From Callorhinchus milii (lineage: Eukaryota): DNA of 64,000 nt. Of this stretch, positions 24,741 through 37,964 are shown in pieces (position 1 is the stretch's first letter; each line of letters starts with the position of its first letter). The translations under genes were made by a program, and so were the position numbers. The notes under the pieces were generated by a model that worked only from the letters and a program-made list of their open reading frames with translations, was not told the DNA's origin and ran no database searches. The stretch lies in contig NW_024704742.1 of assembly GCF_018977255.1 (NCBI RefSeq), positions 106,828,001 through 106,892,000 on the forward strand, in the 5' to 3' direction.

Positions 24741-27311
24741 ATAATATATACAATAATTTTAAAAAATCAATGATCAGAGGGCATCACTTCTACATTTGCT
24801 TAAAATCTAACGATGAGTTTTTAAACTTACTGATAGCATTTATCTAGAATACACATACGCAGGCAGAGTTTCTGCTCATTCTGAAATAAATCAAGTCAAA
24901 GGTGGTTGAAAAAAATTGTTTAAAAAAAAATTAGGAATTTAAAGGAAAACACAAAATTCTTGACACTGATGTAGTGTCAATAATTTACAATGTATCTAAG
25001 TTTAATACTAGCCAAGCTACTGAAACAGAATTCCCTCTGTGACAAGGGGTTTTAACAAGCACACAAACACATAGCAAGATATTTAAAAGCCAAAGGTGAC
25101 TTATGATTGACTGAACACTACATTCAATATATTGCAGTGATATGGCTGTATTGTAATGGAATATTAGTTATTATTCTATGCAAGTAATGCAATTCAAACC
25201 TTCCCAACAACTGTGATTTGTTTATTGCAAATAAAGAATGTTTTGTTGCTTATTTACATGAAGAAAATGTTTTAACTACCTTTAAATAAGTCATAATCTT
25301 TGGTAATTTGGCAACTTTAATGATTTCTATGCCAACCTATGCACACTTCCTTTAGAAAATAGTAAATAAAAATAGTACAGTAGTCAGCCATCTATTTTCT
25401 TTCCCATTGTGAGCATCGACTGCACCATTCCCTGACCAAGAGGATGGGTAGGTAAATGGACAATCTATTCCTCAGTCTCCCTCACTGTCATTGTTCAGGT
25501 AGTTCCTATGAAGTTCGCGACAGGAGCTGAGGTTGCTCATCTTCATACTTACCTTCCCTTTCTCTGATGCAAGGATTTGGGTGGATAGAATTATTTGCAC
25601 CTGAAATCCTTCAATTTTTTTTATTATTGAGGTGATAAGATCCCCTTTGAATTTCAAGATTGAAAAGCCGTAGCTTATCTTGTAAATTCTCCCTAGTTCA
25701 TCCCTATAACACTGGGGATCAGCAACATTTCTCCACTGTGCTGCCTCTTAGAGCCTGGGCAAGCTCTTTATGTCATAGCAACCAGGTTCCAGAGTACTGC
25801 ACAGCTTAAGCATATGCTGCTCATAGGAAGTGACATTGGTGGCAACCTGATAGCCCAGAAATCACCCATTTCTTTGCTAGCGGAGCATTGACCACCGTTT
25901 TAAAGCAAGCCTGCTGGTCCTCTGCCCCCATTTTGGATTTTTTGTTGAGTAAATGTCGGGGGGTGGTTGACACCATAGCATGTTACACTAAGATTCTATT
26001 CTGTTGTATTTGTGTTTTTGAAACAATCTCAATAATTTGGTTGAAAAGTAATTAATTATTGTCACTGGCCAGCCTTTCAAAGTTTTAACATTAAGCAAAC
26101 AGAAATTAATTAAGCAATTTTATTTAATGTAAATACAATTAAGCAATTTAAAGTATACGAAAGATCAAAATCCCTTCCAAATATCAATGTATTCTTCCTT
26201 GTTGGATAAGAGCATCGACATAGCATCTGAAAGAAAACTTTCGATAGAAATTGCTGAACAGCTTCAATTATTCACACATCCTTTAAAATTTTGATGACCA
26301 ATTTTGTGAAAGGCTGAGGCTGATGTCTTTGTAGTAAGAAATGAGAAGCGACTGCACACAGGCACCAAACGAATCCCTGAGGCATACGGCTTTCTGATTT
26401 AGGAATGGTAAACCCTGGAAGAGCCTCACTGGCTTTTTAAAGATTTTACAGTTATTAAAAATAATGGGATTATCCATTGCAAAAATAGATGAAGAATGAA
26501 CTATTTACATATTCACCATGATCTGCTGCAAATAGCATTTACCCATTTACAATTTCAGTTCAGACAGAACGAGATAGAATCAATCAAATTAACTGCAGCA
26601 AGAGCCAACTTAATCACTGGTTTAATTGAATGCTTTGAAGGTCTACCTCAAATAATAAAAAAAATCTGCATTTGATAATAGTACTTTTCACATTGGGAGG
26701 GAGTATCAAAGCTCTTCACAGTATTTACTGTAAAGTGTGGTGACTGTGTTTTGCAGGCAAAAAAACAAATAGGACAACCGATTACACTCTTCCAAAAGAG
26801 GACTAAGATATTCTTCATCATAAATGTAATGAATTTATGTATCCAGAGGCTAATCAGCTGGAAAAGGTTACCAAGAAAGCTGGCTGAGGCTAGGACATTA
26901 AACTAATTTAACAGAAAGCCTGCTGCTGGAAAATGAAGATAATAGGGAAGGTATCTGAAAGGATTAAATCAAATGAACCGAAGGGTATCCCTCTTGGGGG
27001 TCTTGTGAACTCTTGTGACCTAGAAACTGAAGTATCCATCATCACAAAAAGGCTGTTATAACACAGGGGTATGGATCCTTAACATCAAACCTCAAGATAA
27101 AAGTGTCGGCCTGACTCAGTTAACTAAATAATAAAGTAATGATATGTCACTATTTGAAAAGAGAAGGGAGTTTCTCCTGGTCTCGTGGCCAACAATCCTC
27201 TAAATACAATTGTTCATTTACTTCACAGCTGTTTGAGGGACATTGCTGTGCGCAAATTGGCCCCCTCTGCCATGGTGAGCAAGCCTTCAGCCTCGCCTTG
27301 AAAAATCTCCT

Positions 27312-28070
27312 GAACAACAAGAACAACAAAATTGCATTTAGAGAGCGCCTTTCACGTCGGGAGTATGTCCCAAGGCGCTGGACAATCAGGGGTAAGGACC
27401 CGAGCATGGGGAAGAGGTGGGGTAGGGGTGAGGGAAGGCAGAGAGGTGGGAGGGCGACTGAAGGCACGATCGAAGAGGATGGTCTTGAGACCGGCCTTGA
27501 AGGAGGCAAGGGAGGAAGCGAGGTGAAGGGACTATGGGATGGAGTTACAGAGTATGGGGGCAGAGAGGCTGAAAGCCCGGCCACCGATGGTAGGGCAGGT
27601 CAGGTGGGAGACATGGAGCAGGCCGGAGCCCGCTGAACGGAGGGAGTGGGCAGGTTGGTAGGGAGTCAGCAGGTCAGAGAGGTAGGAGAGGGCAAGGCCA
27701 TGGATGAACTTGAAAGTGAGGATGAGGATCTTGAATTCGATCCTCTGGAGGATGGGGAGCCAGTGGAGTAGCGAGTGTGGGATTGATGGAGTCACGGAGC
27801 CTGGTGTGCAAGAGTACACGAGCTGCAGAGCTTTGGATGATCTGCAGCCTGTGAAGGGAAAAGTAGGGAAGGCCGATGAGGAGGGAGTTTCCATAATCGA
27901 GCCTTGATGTGATGAATGAGTGGGTGAGGGTTTCAGCAGCCTAATGGGTGAGGCAGTGGCAGAGTCTGGCAATGTTGGTGGTGGCAGGCAGTGTCGGTCA
28001 TGGCTTGAATGTGGGGAAGAAAGGACAGTTCAGGGTCAAACAAGACACCCAGGTTCCTGACTGGCTTAGT
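27312..28070 (-). mobile_element. L2 LINE, 5'-truncated (about 750 bp)
   Basis: [20 protein letters not shown] motif and (caa)n tail; inverted relative to 37250-37964. Confidence 0.92.
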
Positions 28071-29469
28071 GCAGTCTGAAATCCCTCTGCCTCACTCATT
28101 TTCAACTGCAAATTCACAGTCAATGCACTTTACAATAAATCCTGTGAAGCGCTTTGAGACATGCTCCTAACATGAAAGGCGCTATACAAAATGTAAGGGT
28201 TATGATTAGTAGTATTATTCTCTCTGCTTTTAAATCCCACCTGAAGATTTACTTCTTAGGCTGCATTTTTGGTCATCCACCTCCACCCTTTTCCCCAACT
28301 CAGGCTGCCACTCAGTCTGTAAAGCGCATTGAAACATTATCCCAATTTGAAAGGAGCTACATAACTATAACTTTTTGTTGCTGAACTGGGTGTGTTAAGC
28401 GCTCCGGACGCAACCTCGCATGAAGGTCTCTATAGAAATGCAAGTTGTTGTTGTGTGGCACCAGAAAAGTGAATGAGTACCTAAGTTCCCAGCGTGCCCA
28501 CTGATGCCACAAAGCATAGACCACTGTTAAAACGACAACGAGAAATAGAATGAAAACAAGCTACTAATTACGGGCTAAGTTTTTTTAAAAACTTTTCCCC
28601 CTTCCTACGAGAGTCTCAGAAGGAAAAGACATTCCCTATAATTTTACTTATCTTACCCTCCCCCCCACCTCCCCATTCAAAAGGGTGTATGGAGTTGTAC
28701 AGATTAAAATAGCTTTTTGCCCAAGCAAATTGTTTTACATTAAATTGAATAGCCTTAAACAACTCTAGCAACAAGTGTCCAACCGCTCTAATAAATGTAC
28801 ATGAATATTAACACATTTGTCCTATGTGACTCAACAATACGAAGAGGAACTCTCATTGATACAACTTCAATGGCTTCCTCTGCTGCCTGCTTGCTGATTT
28901 AAAGTACCACAAAGGAGTAACTAAATTCAACAGTACAAGTGTGTTTAATTGATATGAGTGGATCCATGCATTAACCCATTCCAGTGACCTTATTTCAGCA
29001 ATATGTTAATTCTGCACTCCACACTGGTTTGGCTCAGTTCCTTAAATGCAGTCATAAGTACTTCCAGTTGAACACAAAATAGAAATAACATACAATTCTC
29101 TTTAAACAATTTATACATTTGAAAGAGGCATTGATGGCAGGACTCCCTCTTACAAACTGTTTGGCTCGATAAACGTGTATATCCTCCGCCACCACCACAT
29201 TCATAAATGCACAGCCACACACATTACTATTCAATATCATGTTTATGTGAACCAGTTTAGACCTGCATGAATTTTAATTCCTCTAGCTAACTTCAAATCA
29301 ATATCCTCTCTTCATATTCGCAATGCAAACGGCTATTTACACAAATTAAATCTACAACAAAATACAATTTTCTACCACATACTTTCGTATTAAAACACCC
29401 GATACAGTAACCAAACAAAGATTCCCATTCCTATCTTTCCTGCTTTAAGAGGGATGTGGGGTCTTCAAT

Positions 29470-29600
29470 TAGCAAGCCGTATGTTTCGCCCACAAAGTAT
29501 ACAGTCAATTCACTTTAAGGTATATTCTGTGAAGCGCTTTGAGATGCCTCGAAGATGCGATAAGGCGCTATATCAAATGCAAGGATTATTATTATTATTA
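29470..29600 (+). mobile_element. SINE 3' fragment
   Basis: cagtcaattcacttt...ggcgctatatcaaatgcaagg(att)n. Confidence 0.8.
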
Positions 29601-30246
29601 CTTTGTCTTTCAAGTAGCAGCATAGGACAATTATTGCCAGGGCTTCTCCAATATAGTCACTGCATATGACAAGCAGCCAGACTAGTCTTTTTCCTGTGTT
29701 TGCTCTCTCCAGCCCGTCATGGAAGCTAAATTACTGCAAAGCACTCCATCCCGAAGCCTAGCCAAGATAAGCCAAATTCAACACCTATGCATAAAAAGAG
29801 AAACTTCCTACCTCATACAGTACCTCTAATTTCACTATTGATTTTCATCCTCTTGGAGATTCATTGAAGATGAAGGTCATGCGTGAAATTCCCTAAAGAC
29901 CTACAGATCACCACACCAACATCTACTGTCACCAGAAACAGCTTCTTGATGGAAAAAAAGAACTAAAATGATATTATTTCACTGAACTAAGCACCTATAT
30001 TGCAATGCAGCCCATTTATCATTAGATTTTAGTAAGAATTGTTTTTAGTGTGTGTGGTGGGAGCAGGGGAAGAGAAGTATTTCATATTGTGAAAGTACTC
30101 TTCCCTACACAATCCATTTGCAATTCAAACTCATAAATCTCCAATTGGCAGTGCAATGATAATACCTGAAGTAACAAATCTACAACCGACTCTCAATATT
30201 TAGTGCCGCTAAATGTGAGAAAAGAATATATGGTATAAATACATAC

Positions 30247-30338
30247 CAGCAGGTAATCTAGTTGGTGGAGCATTCCTAGCCCAGGCATACATAATTTTTG
30301 CTTCATCCAAGCAAGTTCCGTATCGATTTCCACAGGCC
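30247..30338 (-). CDS. PAM: PAM coding exon 5 (ACGNRYGTCLDEAKIMYAWARNAPPTRLPA)
   Basis: ctttcttttctag| acceptor, CTG|gtatgt donor; 92 nt, phase 2 to 1; YAWARNAPPTRLP motif. Confidence 0.97.
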
Positions 30339-30687
30339 CTAGAAAAGAAAGAGAGATGCAATCAATATAATAGCACAATTCATGGAAGTTTGGTTACTGT
30401 ATAAATTTATAAATCACCGAATTCATCACATTTATTTCATTCTATGATGAATTTGACTCAAGAACAATAAGCCTTCATTTTCAAAATAAAACTGCTTTTT
30501 TCAAGAGCTATCATGGATTTTAAAACATTAAATTATCAGAATTATGGTTCACTTTTCACTAGAATTGTTAAAAGTCAAGGGATGATCCGATTGCAATCTT
30601 CAAGATTATGAAGGGTTACGATTGTGTATCTAGTAATAGAAACGGCAGGGCAAAAATTTAAGATAAATCACATTGAAGAGGAGGTTA

Positions 30688-31160
30688 GACCCTGAGCTGT
30701 CCTTTCTTCCTCATATCCGCGCCACAACTGGCACCGCCTTCCATCACCTCCGAAACATCACCAGACTACGGCACTACCTCACCCCTCACGCTGCTGAAAC
30801 TCTGGTCCACGCCTTTATCACCTCAAGGCTGGACTATGGGAACTCTCTCCTCGGCGGCCTTCCTGGCACCTCCCTCCACAAGCTGCAGGTCATTCAGAAC
30901 TCTGCAGCTCGTGTACTGTCCCGCACCAGGCTTCGGGACCACATCACTCCCACCCTCGCTCACCTCCACTGGCTCCCCATCCCCCAGAGGATCGAATTCA
31001 AGATCCTCATCCTCACCTACAAGGCCATTAACGGCCTTGCTCCCTCCTACCTCTCTGATCTACTATCCCCCTACCTAACTGACCCAACTGTCCAGCGCCT
31101 TGGGACGTCCTCCTGACGTGAAAGGCACTCTATAAATGGAATCTTGTTGTTGTTGTATCT
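30688..31160 (+). mobile_element. Young L2 LINE fragment with an internal deletion before the tail
   Basis: Near-identical to 52709-53098 ([20 protein letters not shown]...[15 protein letters not shown]), then jumps straight to the terminal tgacccaactgtccagcgcc and (ttg)n tail. Confidence 0.92.
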
Positions 31161-32024
31161 TGTTGTTGATGTAAGAGTCATAATTCAATGTTTTAAGCTT
31201 GAACAGAAAGTTTAAAGCAAATATATGCAATTCACAAGACAGATATCCAGTTTTACAAAACATATGCCCATTTTTACTTACGCAGTTGTCTTTTATCACT
31301 GGTTAGCAGAAATCTATTCATACTGTTTATTTCTTGACCCTTGACGCAAGCTTGCTGCTAAATCGTCTTGAAAATAATTAGTGTTGACTTCTTTTTGAAT
31401 ATTTATGCTCATTTTACAGCAAATATGGTCATTTTTGCCTCATCTTCTGATTTCATTTAAAATTATTCAGAAATCTTTTACTATTGTGAGCTTCATATTA
31501 CAAGATGGACTTTGGTATATCTATTTGTACACAAGTAGTATGAATAATGTATTTCAGTGTAGCGTCAATACATGTGCATGTGCTGCTTATGAATTTACAT
31601 GTTAAATCCTTTGTCAGTTCCATTTGATTTTCATTGCAGACATTTTGTATAACTGAGATCCGTTTCCTGCAAATTCATCATCTGATTCAAACCTTTGATG
31701 ATTAAACAAATGAAAGGTACAATAGAAAATCCTATCTAAACCTTATTTCATTATACCTCAGAATACTTCAAACACTTATTTTCCAACCATTGATGTAGTA
31801 ATTTATGTAAATTGGAATAAGGCTCTTCTATCAGCCTCAATTGGGAATGATTCAAACAACCTCATTCTTCAGTTTCTGATAATTTATGAATGACTACTTC
31901 AAGATTGAGAGAAGTCCAATTGATATTGAGAAGGAAAGGCATTATGGGTTCTTGAGAAAAGGTAGAGAAATAGAATCTGACACGATCTAATGAAATGGTA
32001 GAATAGGCCGGATGGGTTCAATAG

Positions 32025-32340
32025 TGGAGTCCTGCAGCTCAGTGGTTAGAGCACTCGCTTTGCAAGTGAGACCTGAGTTCAATTCCAGGCAGGGCGAAAC
32101 CTTGGGCAAGTTTCTTTACTCCACACGCCTAATAATAATCCCTCCAAAACCAAAAACAATAATAAATTGGCCATTTTCAATCTACGACTGTTTGTGGGAC
32201 ATTGCTGTGCGCAATTGGCTGCCGCGTTCACCCACAAATATACAGTCAATTCACTTTACAGTGTGTTCTGTGAAGCGCTTTGGGACTTCCTCCCAACGTG
32301 AAAAGCGCTATATCAAATGCAAGGATTATTATTATTATTA
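32025..32340 (+). mobile_element. Full-length tRNA-derived SINE
   Basis: CAGCTCAGTGG A-box, GAGTTCAATTCC B-box, (att)n tail. Confidence 0.92.
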
Positions 32341-33576
32341 ATAGCCTCTTCCTGCTTATATGATCCCATGTTGTGAAAACAACAGACATACTCAGATCAC
32401 TGGATACCATGGCATATCTCTAAGGCACAATTCAAGGATAAGTTAATCCTTATATTCGACCTTATATATGCTCCAGCCAAGATGGAATGAAAGGAGATTC
32501 TTCTGAAACAACTGGGTATAAGTAGAAATGTCTCACCCCACCATTTCCAATACAGCTAGTGGGAGTTTATTTAAACTCTGAAGGCTCAGCTAAAGATAGG
32601 TCTGACCTTAAGACCTTCAACGTGATTGAACTTCCAAATGTTAGAAATAGCACCTCAGTGTCAGTTCAGTGATTTACATTCTCAATACATTGAATATGAC
32701 TTTTTAAAATGCGGAGAATTTCAATTTCTTTGCACAGCAAGCTTTTTCTGTCACCACACTGCTTGAGGATCTACTTTGAGTTACTAAGCTGGATCTTCAG
32801 GAAGTGAAGTTACAGTTGCGGACTTTGATGATCAGCAGAGTCTCTTTAGAGGATCACGGATGGAATTTAGAACTACAGGCTGGCATAAAAGAGAAATGTT
32901 CAAAGGTGATGAAGAAACAAATCTTTGAGCTGTTGCCATTAAAGGGAGAAAAATTGAGACTGGTAGGAGGGCATTACAAATGCATGGAAAGAAGTAAAAA
33001 GCTCATAAGTCATATTAAAAAGAGACAAGGCACACAATAAAGAAATATCTCTCCCTCCAGTCTGGTTTGTTCAAAAGAGGGGGAAAGAAATTTTAATATA
33101 CATACAGCATAATATGTATGACATTTCCTGAAAATGTGAAGAGTGAAGATATTAAACATTTATATCTGTAAAATTGCAAATATAAGATAACCAGGTTGCA
33201 ACTTAAACTCTGAACTTCCGATAATGTTTATAAAACAGCTCAAGTTTTCCTTTCACAGTTTATGGCATCTTGCAAAATCAATTTATTCAGGTTATAGCCT
33301 TGTAACTGACTCCAAGTTGCTATTTTTTTCCATGACATAAACAATCTACCTCAAATTTAAGCACTGATCAAACATCAAGCACTGATAAAACTTCAAGCAC
33401 AAAAAACAGTTTAAAGGGTCAAAATCTAACTCCACATTTTACAAAAGCCCCAACAAATTAAAATGCCGCACATTTTACTTCAAATGGTAATGTACAGTTC
33501 ACACATCAATGAAACCAGTTTTTACTACAGTCTAGTTTATTTTAAAACTATTTTGAATTATGTGCTAAATAATTAC

Positions 33577-33664
33577 CAGTAATTATCGTTAGTGGCGGGC
33601 AGTTTGCATCCAAACAGTAACATATGATGGGCAGTATCCATGTTTGCATGAGGTTGAAAGTCAA
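33577..33664 (-). CDS. PAM: PAM coding exon 4 (VDFQPHANMDTAHHMLLFGCKLPATNDNYW), with the CuH His-His ligands
   Basis: ttttatcttgcag| acceptor, TG|gtaatt donor; 88 nt, phase 1 to 2; HHMLLFGC motif. Confidence 0.97.
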
Positions 33665-34430
33665 CTGCAAGATAAAAGCAAAATAAATTATATTAGCTCA
33701 CCTTTTTAACACCTTTCAGCAATTATGTTACCCGGTAACCACGATCTAATCTTGGAACTGTGGAGGTGACTGGTATGTAAAAAGAATCTTGCAAAGGTCT
33801 CATAAGCAGCTATGTAAATGGCATCAGTTGCCCAGTGTCGAGATGAAACAATGCCCTGCCCAGTCTGGAAGTGACCACCAGAGAGGGGCATAGCCCTCTT
33901 TCACAGTCCATATCTCACAAAAGCATTTTATTATATTTTGTGGTATCTTCTGAATGTCCTGAATGCGATCCTAACTGAAGACTCCTCCACCACAGGTGAG
34001 GCAGAGACTTAGAGACATGGTTGAATGGCAGAGGAAGAGGCAAGAGGAGGCGCTTTTCTTTTCCTTGCACACTACTGGCCATGCCATCAGGAGTGCTGAG
34101 ATTCTCCTGGCCGAGCACCTCTGGCCGGTCACTGCACCTCCCGAACAAGACTTTTATTGGCCATTCCCAAGGTTGTGTGTAATATCAGCTGGCACTCTCT
34201 CTCGAGATTGATTGGAGTGTCCAGTAAGTGCCAAATTGTCAGCTAATACCAGCCATCAATCAGCCTTTTCTGCAGGTGAGCTTCTATTGTAAAGGCTATT
34301 ATTTATTTTTTCCAACTAGTAAATCTGTATCAATACCATACTTTCTAAGACAGTAAACTTTTAAAGATCTTGGCGATTTTAAAGATTTTAAAGGTCAATC
34401 CCTCGACTACCGAAGTATATAATCGTATAT

Positions 34431-34752
34431 TGGAGTCCTGTAGCTCAGTGGTTAGAGCACTCGCTTTGCAAGTGAGAGACCGGAGTTCAATTCCAGGCAG
34501 GTCAGGGCGAAACCTTGGGCAAGTTTCCTTACTCCACACAGAGCCTAATAATAATCCCTCCAAAAACAAAAACAATAATAAATTGGTCATTTTCAATCTA
34601 CGACTGGTTGTGGGACATTGCTGTGCACGATTGGCTGCCGCGTTTGCCCACAAATATACAGTCAATTCACTTTACAAGGTGTTCTGTGAAGCGCTTTGGG
34701 ACGTCCTCCTGACGTGAAAAGCGCTATATCAAATGCAAGGTTATTATTATTA
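34431..34752 (+). mobile_element. Full-length tRNA-derived SINE
   Basis: TAGCTCAGTGG A-box, GAGTTCAATTCC B-box, CTCGC-TTTGCAA-GTGAG anticodon-like arm, (att)n tail. Confidence 0.92.
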
Positions 34753-35599
34753 TATTGTTTATATTGAAATTTCTTAGGAACCATATTTTCTAATATCTCT
34801 GCCTTATTTTCTGCAATGTTTAGCAGGAATCTACTTGCACGGCGTAATGTTTCTTTAATGGTCAGTAGTGTGAGTAAAGATGGGATATGATTCAGGCAGT
34901 CCCATTTACTGGTTCACTTACTTTCCGTCAGGCTCAATTCCTCTCAGTGCAGGTGTACATTAAAGCAATTTTTGTATGTAAGGTGCCATAGCTTTATATC
35001 ATGGTTTTGTGACATTAATTAGCTCTTTCAAAGAGCCAACATGGACACAATGGGCCGAATGGCCTCCTTCTATGCTGTGTAATTCTATGATTCTAATGCA
35101 AACTCAAAATGCAAATGGTATGACTTTGACTCGAGAACGACTTCCTTTAAGAGTTTGAAGGTTCAAAATGACTGGAAGCAACAGTTATGATGCAACTAAA
35201 AAGTACTGGACTCATATTCTAGTCCTATCGAGATAATTCAAAAAGATTTTTATATGGTTTCTGGAATTTTTCACTCAAATCCATACACTATGGTTACTTG
35301 AATTGCTTGCACCATTGCTACCTTGTCATCTCTAAACAGCTTGAATAAACAAATTAATCATCAGCAGACAGGAAAAATCATATTGTACTCTTCACTGACT
35401 GCAAAAAGTGAAGGATTTATGGGCTTTGCTAGTTGGTAAATAAACAATCTGTTCAATGGAGCAGGATAAAGTATCCAACCTCAGACAGAAAGCCAATATA
35501 ATACAAAATGGATGTTTGAGGTGTGCTGTAGCAATTTGCATACAGGACTGCAGCAGACATGCTTATGTACTTATCTTCTCTCCACCTCTCCCTCCACAT

Positions 35600-37964
35600 C
35601 CACTCTGCTATCCACACCCACTCGGTCACCCGCTCGACTTGGTGATCACCCGGGGCCTCAGCGTCTCGGATGTCACCATCACTGACAAGGTCATCTCTGA
35701 CCATCATTTCATCTCCCTCAACTCCCATATTGCTCTCCCCACTGCCTCCAAACCTACCACCATCTTCTACCGCCCGTGGAAAAGATCTTCCCGCAATCCC
35801 TCTCCGCTGCCCTGGAGTCCTCTGAACTCCTCTGGCCATCGTTCTCGCTCCCACCCACTCGCTGCACTCACTCTTCTCCACAGCACCCTCTCCACCACAC
35901 TCAATGCCCTTGCCTCCCTCACCTCCCAAACTGCCTCCTATTCCCGATCCTCACCCTGGTTCACCAGCCACCTCCGCTTGCTTAAGGGCCAGATGCGGTC
36001 TGCCGCATGCACTTGGCTCAAATCCAGCCTAACAGTTCACCACCACATCTGGCTGGACCTCATCAAGACCTACCGCTCCACTCTCGCCTCAGCCAAATTG
36101 TCCTCTATTCCAGGTTAATCCTGGAGGCACCACTAACCGGCTCCTCCGCCCTCCCCGCCACGCTTCGCAGATTCTTTCCTCTGACTCTCACTGCGAGAAA
36201 ATGCTGGATTTCCTCGAGTCTAAAAATCGAGGGAATCCGCTCAGCTGCCACTGCCTTCCCAAATCCCACTCCCTCCCTACCCCACACTCCAACAATTACC
36301 CATCCTTCCTTCCACACCTATGAACCTCCTCTGTCTTCACCACCATATCCTCCATGAAGCCCACCACCTGCTCCCTTGATCCCATCCCCACCCCTCTCCT
36401 TAAATCCCAGCTCCACCTCCTTGCCCCACTACTCGCCGACATCATTAACCTCTCCCTGTCATCTGGCACTGTTCCTTTCCCCCTCAAAACAGCCATTATC
36501 ACCCCCATCTTGAAGAAACCTTTCCTTGAACCCATCACAGCTATCCAGCTACAGGCCCATCTCAAACCTCCCTTTCCTATCCAAGATCCTTGAGAGAGCC
36601 ATTGCCTCCCAGCTTCGCTCTTTCCTCTCCTCCCACTCCCTCCATGAACCTCTCCAATCGGGTTTCTGTGCTGCCTACAGCACAGAAACCGCTCTGGTCA
36701 AGGTCACAAACGACATCCTGNACCATGTGCGACCAGGGCTCCCTCTGCCGTCTCGTCCTCTTTCCGCTGCCTTTGACACCGTGGACTATTCAATCCTCCT
36801 CCACAGTCTCTCCTTCCACCTCAACCTTCAAGGTTCTCTCCTTGACTGGTTCAGGTCCTACCTTTCACACTGACTTCACTTCGTCGCAGCAAACGGCTTC
36901 TCCTCCAGCCCCTGTACCATCTCGTGCGGTGTTCCTCAGAGCTCTGTCCTCGGTCCCTCCTCTTCACCCTCTATATGCTCTCCGTTGGTGACATCATCCG
37001 CAGACATGGGGTAAATTTCCACATGTATGCGGATGACACCCAACTCTACCTCTCTGCCTCCACCCTGAACTCCAGGACTACCGGCATCCTGACCGACTGC
37101 CTGTCCGACATCAAGTCCTGCACGAGGGACAACTTTCTCCAACTCAACGTCAGCAAGACTGAGGCCCTCCTGATTGGCTCGCACCAGCACCTCCGTACCT
37201 CGGGCGCTGACAGCATCAGCCTTCACGGCTGCACACTCAAACTCACTAAGCCAGTCAGGAATCTGGGTGTCTTGACTCTGAACTGTCCTTTCTCCCCCAC
37301 ATCCGCACCATGACCGGCACTGCCTACCACCACCTCCTCAACACTGCCAGCCTCCGCCACTGCCTTACCCCTCAGGCTGCCGAAACCCTTATCCATGCAT
37401 TCTTCACATCAAGGCTCAATTACGGAAACTCCCTCCTCATCGGCCTTCCCAACTCTTCCCTTCACAAGATGCAGATCATCCAAAACTCGGCAGCTCATGT
37501 ACTCTCGCGCAACAGACTCCATGACCCCATCACTCCCCCCTCGCCCGACTTCAAGATCCTCGTCCTTACCTTTAAGGCCATCCATGGCCTTGCCCCCTTC
37601 TACCTCTCTGACCTGCTGACTCCCTACCAACCTGCCGGCTCCCTCCGTTCAGCAGACTCCGGTCTGCTCCATGTCTCCCGCCCGACCCACCCTACCATCA
37701 GTAGTTGGGATTTCAGCCTCTCTGCCTCCGCTCTGGAATTCCATCCCACTGTCCCTTCACTCACTTCCTCTCTTGCCTCCTTCAAGGCCGGTCTCAAGAC
37801 CCTTCTCTTCGATCGTGCCTTTGGTCGCCCTCCCACCTCTCTGCTTTCCCTCACCCCTACACCACCACTCCCCAATACTCGGGTCCTAACACCTCATTGT
37901 TCAGCGTTTTGGGATGTCCTCCCGACGTGAAAGGCGCTCTATAAATGTAATTTTGTTGTTGTTG
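35600..37964 (+). mobile_element. L2 LINE, about 2.4 kb, frameshifted ORF2 (endonuclease end plus reverse transcriptase) and 3' tail
   Basis: [55 protein letters not shown] and [13 protein letters not shown] motifs; (ttg)n tail. Confidence 0.95.

Noticed and set aside
25553..25600. In-frame 48-nt cassette exon with an AAG|gtaagt donor
   Set aside because: The acceptor (gaaggatttcag) lacks a polypyrimidine tract and lies in decayed CR1-like sequence; the insert would disrupt the PHM fold.
33359..33400. 18-bp tandem repeat (about 2.3 copies) near exon 4, plus similar tiny duplications at 4186-4216 and 50394-50419
   Set aside because: Ordinary slippage duplications with no sign of function.
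33740..34290. Possible Penelope/GIY-YIG or other coding remnant
   Set aside because: Only a vague LAEHL resemblance; too weak to call without a profile search.
34431..34510. Genuine tRNA-Ala(TGC) gene (and similar heads at 10.3, 11.7, 14.3, 24.3, 32.0 and 60.8 kb)
   Set aside because: Each head continues into the same SINE body and tail and carries private mutations; these are SINE heads.
36721..36721. Ambiguous base (also at 5844)
   Set aside because: Single-N assembly ambiguities, not biological.
35456..37930. Cluster of long ORFs as a host gene or active retroelement
   Set aside because: They are frameshifted pieces of a single 5'-truncated L2 ORF2; not autonomous.
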